Positions 8,867 through 16,317 of a stretch of 37,241 nt of DNA are shown here, piece after piece. Numbering within the stretch: position 1 is the stretch's first letter; each line of letters begins with the position of its first letter. Source of the stretch: Planctomycetaceae bacterium (GTDB lineage Bacteria; Planctomycetota; Planctomycetia; Pirellulales; Thermoguttaceae); assembly GCA_037442445.1 (NCBI GenBank), contig JBBIQF010000084.1, forward strand, positions 1 to 37,241. Reading direction: 5' to 3'. The position numbers and the translations under genes were made by a program. The notes under the pieces were generated by a model. It did not search any database. It was not told the DNA's origin and was given only the letters and a program-made list of their open reading frames with translations.

Positions 8867-10366
8867 CTACTTCCACAGGTCGAGGCCCGCCGGCAGCTTC
8901 ACCTCCGGCGGCGGCAGTTTCAGCGCGCGGGCAATCTCTTGCAATCGCCCCAGGATGGCCTCGGCCAGAGTGCTGGCGTAGTGGATGTTGTGTATCCCGT
9001 TGGCCGAGCGGAGGAAGGCCAGATCGTGCTCGACATCGGCCAGCCGGGCGCCCAGGTCCTTGGCCTGGGGCTCGGGCAGGGCCGCCGCCTGGAGGGCCGC
9101 GCGGACCTTCTTTGCCGCGTCTTCCAAAGCCGCCAGGGCCGCTTTCCACTGTTGGTGGTATGCCTGGAGGCGGGGCAAGGCGGCGGCTTCATGGCAGGAA
9201 CCGCACACCTGGATCGAGCCCTTCCACGTGACGGCCCCGGTGGGGCCCTCCTCCTTGTAGTGGTGGCACGTGCGGCATTCCAGCCGCACCGAAACCATGC
9301 CGTTGGTATGCGGCGGGATGCTCTTGCCGCCGGTACCCCGGAGCATGTTCACCTGGTCGCGATGATGGTCGGGATGGCAGGCCGTGCAATCCCCAGCCGC
9401 GTGTTCGATCTTCTGCTTGTCCAGCGAATGCTCGATGGCGAGGTGGCAGTCCAGGCAATCGATCTTGTGATCGGTAACGTGCTTCTGATGCAGGAAAACG
9501 TGGTCATCGATGCGGGCCAGGTCTTCCTCCCGGTTGTGGCATACGCCGCACCGTTCGTGGGGCACCTCGCCGCGTCCGCGGATGAGGTCGCCATGGCAGT
9601 TCGCGCAATCCACGCCCCGCTCGAAGGCCAGTTGATGGGTGAACACCGTGCCCCCGCCCAGGTCGAACTTCTTATCGGGGATTTCGTGGCAGCGGGTGCA
9701 GGCCCCCAGGCCTTCGTTGAACCGGCCCTCCTTGAAATGGCAGAGGAAGCAGGTCGTGGTGGTTACGGTCATGTGGCTCCCCTGGACGATCTGGCTGTGG
9801 CAGCTCGTGCAGCGAAGCCGCTTGCCGCGGCGCAGCTCGCCCAGATGCTGGGCATGATCGAACGGGACGCCATGGAAGTCCACCCGGCCGGACAGCAGCC
9901 GCGTCTCGTGGCAGCCGGACCGCAGGCAACTGGCATCGGGGATTTCGGCCGCCGGCCGGGGGCCTTCGCTCTGCGTAACGTACTTGGCCAATTGCACCAA
10001 TCCCAAGAGCTTGCCCCGCACCTTGCCCCCGAAGCCGGGCGGGAAGTGGCACTCGATGCACGACACATCGCGGTGCGAGGAGGCCTGCCACGACTGGTAA
10101 TACGGCTCCATGATGTGGCAGCTCCGGCAGAACTCGGGGCGCGAGGTGTACCATCCGGCGGCGAAGGTGCCGAACATGCCCACCAGCAAGACCACGCCTG
10201 CCAGGGCCGCCAGCCGAACCAGCAGCCAGCGGGCCACATGCCCGGCGCGCCGCACGCCCGGGTGGCGCTGGAGCCAGGCCCGCCAGCCGCCGCCGGCTGG
10301 GCCGGATTCCGGGGCGGCGCCGGATTCCGGGCTGCCCCCGAGCATTTCGGCAGATTCGTCAACCAT
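8867..10366 (-). CDS. Membrane-anchored multihaem cytochrome c with NapC/NirT-type N-terminal module (11 CXXCH + 1 CX4CH)
   Basis: A TM helix is followed by CRSCHIMEPYYQSWQASSH and CIECH, the NapC/NirT/NrfH-type head. Nine further CXXCH motifs follow (CTSCH, CFLCH, CTRCH, CANCH, CGVCH, CLDCH, CTACH, CRTCH, CGSCH), plus CLRSGCH (CX4CH). The C-terminus is a helical region with GIHNIHYA. The ATG at 10366 has a strong GGGAGGTG 6 nt upstream; an alternative ATG lies at 10411. Confidence 0.85.
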   Translation of the reverse strand: MVDESAEMLGGSPESGAAPESGPAGGGWRAWLQRHPGVRRAGHVARWLLVRLAALAGVVLLVGMFGTFAAGWYTSRPEFCRSCHIMEPYYQSWQASSHRDVSCIECHFPPGFGGKVRGKLLGLVQLAKYVTQSEGPRPAAEIPDASCLRSGCHETRLLSGRVDFHGVPFDHAQHLGELRRGKRLRCTSCHSQIVQGSHMTVTTTTCFLCHFKEGRFNEGLGACTRCHEIPDKKFDLGGGTVFTHQLAFERGVDCANCHGDLIRGRGEVPHERCGVCHNREEDLARIDDHVFLHQKHVTDHKIDCLDCHLAIEHSLDKQKIEHAAGDCTACHPDHHRDQVNMLRGTGGKSIPPHTNGMVSVRLECRTCHHYKEEGPTGAVTWKGSIQVCGSCHEAAALPRLQAYHQQWKAALAALEDAAKKVRAALQAAALPEPQAKDLGARLADVEHDLAFLRSANGIHNIHYASTLAEAILGRLQEIARALKLPPPEVKLPAGLDLWK

Positions 10367-10465
10367 CGATCGCACCTCCCGGGCGCCCGTCGGCGCACCG
10401 GATCTACCCATCCCAGCGAAAGCGTTTCCCTCTTGCCCAAACCGCGCGGTCGCCGCCGGCCACCG

Positions 10466-13126
10466 CTATTTCTCCAAGCCGGCCACGATCATCGCCACCA
10501 ACAGCCCAAGCCCGATGGCCAGCGCCGTGAAGCCCAGCAGGCGCACCGTCCACAGTTTCCGCCGCGAGGGGACAAGTGCCCGCCGGGCTTCCAGCTCGCC
10601 GTTGGCCCGCAGGCGCTCGTAGAAATCCGGCCGCTCGTGCCGCAATTCGTCCTCGCTCACCAGGCCCGTCAGGGCCGACAAATCGGCCGGGAACTTATCC
10701 GGCCGGAAGTGCGTGTTGAAAAAGTGCACCGCAAACACGAACCCCGTGGCCAGTAGCGCCTGCGTGGAATGGATCACCTTGGCGATATTGAGGGTCACGG
10801 CGGGCAGGAAGGCGGTCAACAACTGCGGGAACCAGAGCACCAGGCCGGTGAAGCCGATGATCACCACGTCGGCACAGGCGCCCCAGAAGTCGAACTTCTC
10901 CCAGTAGGTCCAGCGCTCGAAGCGCGGCCGGGGCCCCAGCCCGAAAAACCACCGCAGCATCCGCACCAGGTCTTTCACGTCGCGCCAGTTGGGCACGGGC
11001 GAATCCGGGCCGAAGATCGCCTCGCGCAGCGACCCGTTCCGCCGGTGGCGGACCACGTGCCGGATCATCCGCCCCACATACACGAAAAAGCAGCCGAACG
11101 TCACCACCGCGAAGATGCGGTGCCACACGCTGGTCGATTGGAACCCTCCCAGGGCATAGGCCAGCGACTTGGCCCACTGGGTGTCGCTGTACTTCAAAGG
11201 CAAGCCCGTCAAGGCCAGCCCCAGGAACGAGATCAAAAGGCACCAGTGGCTAATGCGGTGGAAGGGGACGAAGCGCACATAGGCCGGCTCGCCCGGCCGG
11301 AGCCCCCGCGGCCGGCCGTTCTGCCACACGTCGACAAGGCTCCGAATGAACCATAGCACCGTGTGCACGCCGAAGACGGCAAACACCGTCACCAGCAGGG
11401 TCATGAAGAATAGATACACCCCGTGTACCAGCCGGCTCCGCTGGGGATCGGTGTGATCCAGGTGGGGATCGAACTTCAGGAAGTTCCCGCCGGTGACCAT
11501 GTGGCACTGGCCGCAGGTCTGGGCCCGGTTGGCGGGCGAGAGCGTGGAGTTCGGATCCGCCACCGCCAGAATTTCATGGGCGCCGTGGCAATCGGAACAC
11601 TTGGCCGCCGGCCCATACCCCAGTTCGGTCAACTGGCCGTGCAGGCTCATGGCGTAGCTGGTCGAGAGGTTGGCGTGGCAGTTGCCGCAGCGGTGCGGCA
11701 GCTCCTGGCGGAAGGCGGCCGACTCGGGGTGCACCTGGTCGTGCCCCTGATGGCAATCGGTGCAACTGGGCTTGCGCCGCGACTTGCCGCCGGGGGCCTG
11801 CCGGTCGGCAATCGCCCCGGCCCCGTTGCCCCGCGCATGTACGCTCTTCTCCAACCACTCCTCGATAAAGCGGTGGCACTTGCCACAGGTGTCGGCCACG
11901 CGCGTGGGGTGCAAGGTGGACTTGCTGTTGCCCGGGTAATAGATGCCGTGCGACCCGTGGCAGTCGGCGCACACCGCCGTTACCTGGAGTCCCGATTTGT
12001 ACAGCCCGTGGCCATGCACGCCGCTGCGGTAGGTGTCCAGATCGTTCTTGTAGGTCTCCAGGCGCTGGCGATGGCAATTGTCGCAGGTGTTGACCTGGTT
12101 ATCGGGAAACAAGGGAGACCGCGGGTCGCGCCAGGCGATCAAATGGTGCAACGTCGGGCCGTGGCACTTGCTGCACTCCAAGGGCGTGCCCCGGCCAAGC
12201 TCGTCCCGCTTCTCGCCGGCCTTGCCGTGCACGCTCTCGTTGAGCTGCGCGTACTGCTCCCTGTGGCAGTGGACGCACGCTTTGCGGACCTCGGCCAGCG
12301 GCTGCCGGAACCCATCCTCCACCGCGTGCGCCATGCGAAGGTCCGGCTCCTGATAATTGCCGCCGTGGCAATCATGGCAATTGACGCCCCGGGCGAAGTG
12401 GACATCCTCGGCCAGTTGGTCCTTGGGAACGTACAGCCTGCGGTTGGCCGCGTCCCACAGGTCCGAATCGCCGTGGCAGGTCAAGCACTGGTTTTGGTCC
12501 GCGGGCACCTGGGATCCTTTGGGCGGCGGCAAGGCGGCCGCTTTGGGCGGGGCCTGTGGCTCCGGGGTCGCCGCGGCGGCTCCAGGCGCTTTGGCGGGGG
12601 CCTTCTCTTTGGCAACAGCCGGCGCAGGTGGACCAGCGCCCGGTGGCGGAGGAGGCGGCGGCACCGTCTTGGCCCCGCCGGCCGGAGGGGGCGGAGGCGG
12701 TGTAACCTTGGCTCCACTCGGGGGAGGCGGCGGAGGCGGCGCGCCTTTGGACTCGCCCGCCGGAGGTGGCGGCGGAGCCTTCGCGCTATCCGGTGCGGGA
12801 GGGGCCGGCAGCGGCATCGTGCCTTGAGCCGCCGGCGCAGGCGGCGGGGGTGGCGGTGGCGGCGCAGGCGAGTCGGACGGGGGCGGCCCCGACTGCTGGG
12901 AGGGCTTCGGCGCGGGGCCGGCTGCGGAGGATTCCTCCACAGCCTTGGGAGCCTCGGGAGCAGAACCGGGCTTGCTAGCCGGTGGTGGCGGAACCGCCTT
13001 GCGGGCCGGGGGAGGGGGCGGTGGCGGCGCAGGAACCGCGCTCTCCGAAAAGAGGCCGGCCGCAGCCCATACGCCGGGCCCCGGCCCGACCGCAAGCGAT
13101 AGAACGATCACCCCAAGCACATTCAT
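10466..13126 (-). CDS. Fusion protein: signal peptide + ~175-aa polyproline spacer + 11-haem cytochrome c domain + C-terminal multi-span b-type cytochrome domain (FdnI/HydC-like)
   Basis: Begins MNVLGVIVLSLAVGPGPGVWA, followed by the Pro-rich region. It has 11 CXXCH motifs, several in the paired C..CH..H...(about 20 aa)...C..CH arrangement. The C-terminal ~330 aa carry about 6 hydrophobic helices with candidate haem-b His ligands (FHRISHW, VWHRIF, KVIHST, FAVHFF). The upstream part of ORF 10466-13360 looks non-coding. Confidence 0.85.
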   Translation of the reverse strand: MNVLGVIVLSLAVGPGPGVWAAAGLFSESAVPAPPPPPPPARKAVPPPPASKPGSAPEAPKAVEESSAAGPAPKPSQQSGPPPSDSPAPPPPPPPPAPAAQGTMPLPAPPAPDSAKAPPPPPAGESKGAPPPPPPPSGAKVTPPPPPPAGGAKTVPPPPPPPGAGPPAPAVAKEKAPAKAPGAAAATPEPQAPPKAAALPPPKGSQVPADQNQCLTCHGDSDLWDAANRRLYVPKDQLAEDVHFARGVNCHDCHGGNYQEPDLRMAHAVEDGFRQPLAEVRKACVHCHREQYAQLNESVHGKAGEKRDELGRGTPLECSKCHGPTLHHLIAWRDPRSPLFPDNQVNTCDNCHRQRLETYKNDLDTYRSGVHGHGLYKSGLQVTAVCADCHGSHGIYYPGNSKSTLHPTRVADTCGKCHRFIEEWLEKSVHARGNGAGAIADRQAPGGKSRRKPSCTDCHQGHDQVHPESAAFRQELPHRCGNCHANLSTSYAMSLHGQLTELGYGPAAKCSDCHGAHEILAVADPNSTLSPANRAQTCGQCHMVTGGNFLKFDPHLDHTDPQRSRLVHGVYLFFMTLLVTVFAVFGVHTVLWFIRSLVDVWQNGRPRGLRPGEPAYVRFVPFHRISHWCLLISFLGLALTGLPLKYSDTQWAKSLAYALGGFQSTSVWHRIFAVVTFGCFFVYVGRMIRHVVRHRRNGSLREAIFGPDSPVPNWRDVKDLVRMLRWFFGLGPRPRFERWTYWEKFDFWGACADVVIIGFTGLVLWFPQLLTAFLPAVTLNIAKVIHSTQALLATGFVFAVHFFNTHFRPDKFPADLSALTGLVSEDELRHERPDFYERLRANGELEARRALVPSRRKLWTVRLLGFTALAIGLGLLVAMIVAGLEK
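12512..13036 (-). repeat. Polyproline low-complexity coding region (runs of 6-8 Pro separated by short A/G/K/S-rich segments)
   Basis: Translated residues ~31-205 of the fusion cytochrome, e.g. APPPPPPPARK, APPPPPPPPAP, GAPPPPPPPSGAKVTPPPPPPAGGAKTVPPPPPPPGAG. Confidence 0.9.
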
Positions 13127-13311
13127 CCTGGACGATCTCCCGATAGGCTCGCGACACCTGCCACCCCCGCGCCTGTTGGCCCCGCTGCCTATCGCGCCGG
13201 GGCCCAAAAGGGGATGACCGCATCGGCACTCGATTTGGCCGGCCAACCACGGCCAGCCAAGCGCAGTGCTGTTGGAATCTCCGGCCGCTTTCAAGGCTGG
13301 CCGGCGAGACC

Positions 13312-13413
13312 GGCAGCTTACGCCGGCTCCATCTCCGGAAGCTTCTCGCTTGCCTGCCACACGGGCAGCTTACGCCGCCGGCTCCAAAGGCAGAGCTTGC
13401 GCTGCCGGCTGCG
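13312..13413. repeat. Triplicated GC-rich motif in the intercistronic spacer of the minus-strand cytochrome operon
   Basis: GGCAGCTTACGCCGGCTCCA (13312-13331). GGCAGCTTACGCCGCCGGCTCCA (13364-13386), identical apart from a GCC insertion. A degenerate third copy GGCAGAGCTTGCGCTGCCGGCTGCG (13389-13413). Confidence 0.7.
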
Positions 13414-13422
13414 GAGGGCGGG

Positions 13423-13980
13423 TTACTGCTTTTCGTACTTCGGATGCTCGTGGTGTCCCTGCGTCAGGTGGCAGCGGGCGCAAATATTGCCCGGCAGTAC
13501 CTTGTAAATCGAATCCCGGGCGATTTTTTCCTGTTCGGGGCTGAGTTTCTTGACGTTGAGGAAGGGCTTGCACGCCTCTTCATGCTTGCTCCCCGGCCCG
13601 TGGCACGCCTCGCAGGTGACGCCCAACAGGTTCTGAAGCAAGTCGGGCGTAGCGCCGGCCGCATACCCCCCTTCGTGCCCGTAGGCGGTGACGTGGCACT
13701 TCATGCATTCCGGATCGGCCTGGTATTTGGTGGGCATCTCGGTGAACGCGGTGGCGTGTTTGGTCTTCTTCCAGGCCGTGTACTGCTTGAAGTGGCAGGA
13801 TGAACACCGCTTCACACCGACATAGGTCTGGCCCGTGGGCGGGGCGGGTTCCGGGGCGGCTTGTTCCTCAGGGGGTTGCGCGGGGGCCGAGTGGGGTGTG
13901 ACGCCAAGCATCCACACCGCCCAACCCAAGATCACCACCACCGCACCACGATAGAGCCAGGGCGACGACATCCGGATCAT
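13423..13980 (-). CDS. Tetrahaem cytochrome c (cytochrome c554-like small multihaem family)
   Basis: Signal/anchor MIRMSSPWLYRGAVVVILGWAVWMLGV and four CXXCH motifs (CSSCH, CMKCH, CEACH, CARCH). The first sits in the context CSSCHFKQYTAWKKTKH. GAGGAG lies 8 nt upstream of the ATG. Confidence 0.85.
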   Translation of the reverse strand: MIRMSSPWLYRGAVVVILGWAVWMLGVTPHSAPAQPPEEQAAPEPAPPTGQTYVGVKRCSSCHFKQYTAWKKTKHATAFTEMPTKYQADPECMKCHVTAYGHEGGYAAGATPDLLQNLLGVTCEACHGPGSKHEEACKPFLNVKKLSPEQEKIARDSIYKVLPGNICARCHLTQGHHEHPKYEKQ

Positions 13981-14551
13981 GGACTTCGCTCCTCAAGCAA
14001 CTGGGGTGGAAAAACAACACGTCACACGCCGTTCAGGCCAAGCTAGCCTGGGAGTGCTTTTGGGCAGCGGAAGAAAGGGCGGCCGGCCGCCCCATGGCGC
14101 CACATCGAAGCCACGGACACCATGCGCAAGCATGGACCAGCTCTTCCTCCCGGCGGGCGAGCCGCAGAGCACCGGGCTCCTGCCACCAGCAGGCTTTCCC
14201 TCTCGGGGAATCGTCCGCGGTGGGAAGCAGGCGCCGGCGTCCTGCCGCGACCCAACCCTTTGCAACGACCAACGAGCGGTCCCGTTCGCCGGAGGCGCGG
14301 GATTCGGGCCCCGCACAGCGCTTCCTTGCAGCTCCGGCCGTGCCTCGGAAACACTCGGATTCGTAAACCTACTAGATCGCGGGGCATTCGTCAACTACCC
14401 GCCGCCAACTGCCCGGCGGGATTGCACGGAGGAGCCTGCGAAAAATCGCCCGGGACCGAGCGATACGGCTACGCCGCCGGAGAGCGGCCCGGCCAAGACG
14501 CGGCCGTTTGGCCTAATCGCCATAATTTACCTATTTGCTAACGTTTATTAC

Positions 14552-14580
14552 TTGACTCCATTCGGCTCCTCTGCTACAAG
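14552..14580 (+). promoter_or_regulatory. Candidate promoter TTGACT-N17-TACAAG with AT-rich upstream element, ahead of the Rieske/cyt b operon
   Basis: TTGACT at 14552-14557, 17-nt spacer, TACAAG at 14575-14580. It is preceded by the only AT-rich stretch of the region (cataatttacctatttgctaacgtttatta, 14521-14550) and lies about 50 nt upstream of the Rieske ATG. Confidence 0.45.
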
Positions 14581-14630
14581 GGGCACTGCACCATGCGGCG
14601 TTACTGCTTCCACCTAGGAATGAGGCATCG

Positions 14631-15110
14631 ATGAGCGACTCTCCCACACCCGTGCCGCGGCGAAATTGGTTGCTGCGATTGCTTCAGTGGAGCATCGCGG
14701 CCAGTGTCGCGGCCATCTTCTATCCGGTGGTGCGGTTCCTCTGGCCCCGCCCGGCCACGGTCTCCGGGGCGGCCGAGGTGACCGCACCGTTCACTGTCGA
14801 GGAACTCAAGGCTCGCTATGCCCGGGGCGAGGTGCCGCCACCGTTCAACTTCGACAACAAGCCGTGTCTGGTGGTGCTACTTCCCGACGGCGAAATCCGG
14901 GCGTTCAATGCCATCTGCACGCACGTGGCCTGCACGGTGGCATTCCGCCTGGACAAGAAGGACATCTTCTGCAACTGCCACAACGGGGTGTACGATCTGA
15001 ACGGGCAGCCGGTTTCCGGGCCGCCTCCCCGGCCCCTCCAGGCGTACAAGGTCATCCGGCGTCGCTTGCCCAACGGGCAGGAGGAGATCGTTGTCTCACG
15101 CACCGCTTGA
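14631..15110 (+). CDS. Rieske [2Fe-2S] subunit of a cytochrome b6f/bc-type complex
   Basis: Twin-arginine-like N-terminus (PRRNWLL) plus a TM helix. Rieske cluster boxes CTHVAC and CNCHNG. Confidence 0.9.
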   Translation: MSDSPTPVPRRNWLLRLLQWSIAASVAAIFYPVVRFLWPRPATVSGAAEVTAPFTVEELKARYARGEVPPPFNFDNKPCLVVLLPDGEIRAFNAICTHVACTVAFRLDKKDIFCNCHNGVYDLNGQPVSGPPPRPLQAYKVIRRRLPNGQEEIVVSRTA

Positions 15111-16317
15111 AAGTGCCCTGCCCGCCATGCCGCCGGGCAGCCGATGGAAAACCTTCCTCGACGAGCGCCTAGGGCTGGATGCCCTCGCGCAACTGGCCGA
15201 GAAAAAGCGGGTGCCGGTCCACCGGGCCACCGTGTTCTATTTTCTCGGCGGGATGGCCCTGTTCTTGTTCGGCATCCAGGTGGTGACCGGCATCCTGCTT
15301 TCGCTGTACTACAAGCCCTCGCCCGACCAGGCCTTCGAGAGCGTGCGGGCCATCATGACCGAGGTGGAGTTCGGCTGGCTGATCCGCTCCATCCACAGTT
15401 GGAGTGCCAATCTGCTGATCGGCGTGCTGTACCTGCACCTGTTGACCACCTTCATCGTGCGGGCCTATCGCCGGCCGCGCGAGTTCACCTGGATCACCGG
15501 GCTGGTGCTCTTGGCCCTGTTTCTGGCCTTCGGGTTTAGCGGCTACCTGCTGCCCTGGAACCAACTGGCCTTCTTCGCGACCAAGGTGGGCACCGATATC
15601 GCTGGCGGGGTGCCGCTGGTGGGCAAGTACATGCTGCTTTTGGCCCGCAGCGGGGAGGAAGTCACCGGCGATACGCTGGCCCGATTCTATTCGCTCCATG
15701 TGGTCATTCTGCCGCTGGTCACGCTGGCGGTGTTGGGGGTGCATCTCTATCTGGTGCAGAAGCACGGGATGAGCATCCCGCACCCGGTGATCCGGCGCTA
15801 CGGGGGCGAAGAGAAGGTGCCTTCGATCCCCTTCGTGCCCCACTTTTTGCTCCGCGACATGGTGGGCTGGTATGTGGCGTTGGGGCTCTTGGCCGTGCTG
15901 GCCGCCCTGTTCCCCTGGGAACTGGGGGTCAAGGCCGACCCATTCGGCTCCGCCCCGGAGGCGATCCGGCCCGAGTGGTACTTCCTGTTCATGTTCGCCA
16001 CGCTGGAGCAGACACCCTCGCACGTGTTCGGCCTGGAGAACAAGCAGGCGGTGGTCCTGTTTTTCAGCCTGGTGGGGCTGGTGGTGCTCTTGGTGCCGTT
16101 TCTGGATCGGGCCGCTGCCTGGGGCGGACCGCGGCGGGTGCTCAGTTTTCTGGCCACTTGGGCCGTGTGCGCGTTTGTCGTCCAGACGGGCGTGGGCCTG
16201 GGGCTTTTGGATTTCCATCTGGGGACTTCGGTGGCCACCAGCGGTATAGCGGCCGTGGTGCTTGCCGCGGGGTATGTGGCGTATTGTCGCTTTGCTGGCC
16301 GGGAACAGTGCTCATGA
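15091..16317 (+). CDS. Cytochrome b (fused cytochrome b6 + subunit IV-like)
   Basis: The N-terminal half matches cytochrome b6 (YFLGGMALFLFGIQVVTGILLSLYY...SIHSWSANLLIGVLYLHL...GYLLPWNQLAFFATKV). The C-terminal half carries the Qo-site PEWY motif (RPEWYFLFMF). A TTG at 15091 follows AGGAGGAG by 4 nt and overlaps the Rieske gene by 20 nt; an alternative ATG lies at 15127. Confidence 0.9.
   Translation: MSHAPLESALPAMPPGSRWKTFLDERLGLDALAQLAEKKRVPVHRATVFYFLGGMALFLFGIQVVTGILLSLYYKPSPDQAFESVRAIMTEVEFGWLIRSIHSWSANLLIGVLYLHLLTTFIVRAYRRPREFTWITGLVLLALFLAFGFSGYLLPWNQLAFFATKVGTDIAGGVPLVGKYMLLLARSGEEVTGDTLARFYSLHVVILPLVTLAVLGVHLYLVQKHGMSIPHPVIRRYGGEEKVPSIPFVPHFLLRDMVGWYVALGLLAVLAALFPWELGVKADPFGSAPEAIRPEWYFLFMFATLEQTPSHVFGLENKQAVVLFFSLVGLVVLLVPFLDRAAAWGGPRRVLSFLATWAVCAFVVQTGVGLGLLDFHLGTSVATSGIAAVVLAAGYVAYCRFAGREQCS

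Noticed and set aside
8846-10756. Very long ORFs antisense to, or out of frame with, the called genes. Examples: 8846-10756 (+, 636 aa), 11423-13102 (+, 559 aa), 18497-20758 (-, 753 aa), 23559-25349 (+, 596 aa), 27163-29535 (-, 790 aa), 6680-7924 (-, 414 aa), 4013-5158 (-, 381 aa).
   Set aside because: Their translations are Arg/Gly/Pro/Ala-rich low-complexity strings with no recognisable motifs. Each overlaps a gene with clear family signatures. Such shadow ORFs are expected in high-GC DNA because stop codons are rare.
8867-13980. Checked the multihaem proteins for catalytic signatures: an NrfA-type CXXCK haem, or HAO/octahaem-type active-site features.
   Set aside because: All motifs are CXXCH (plus one CX4CH) and no CXXCK is present. 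The proteins look like electron-transfer wires or quinol dehydrogenases, not nitrite or hydroxylamine enzymes.
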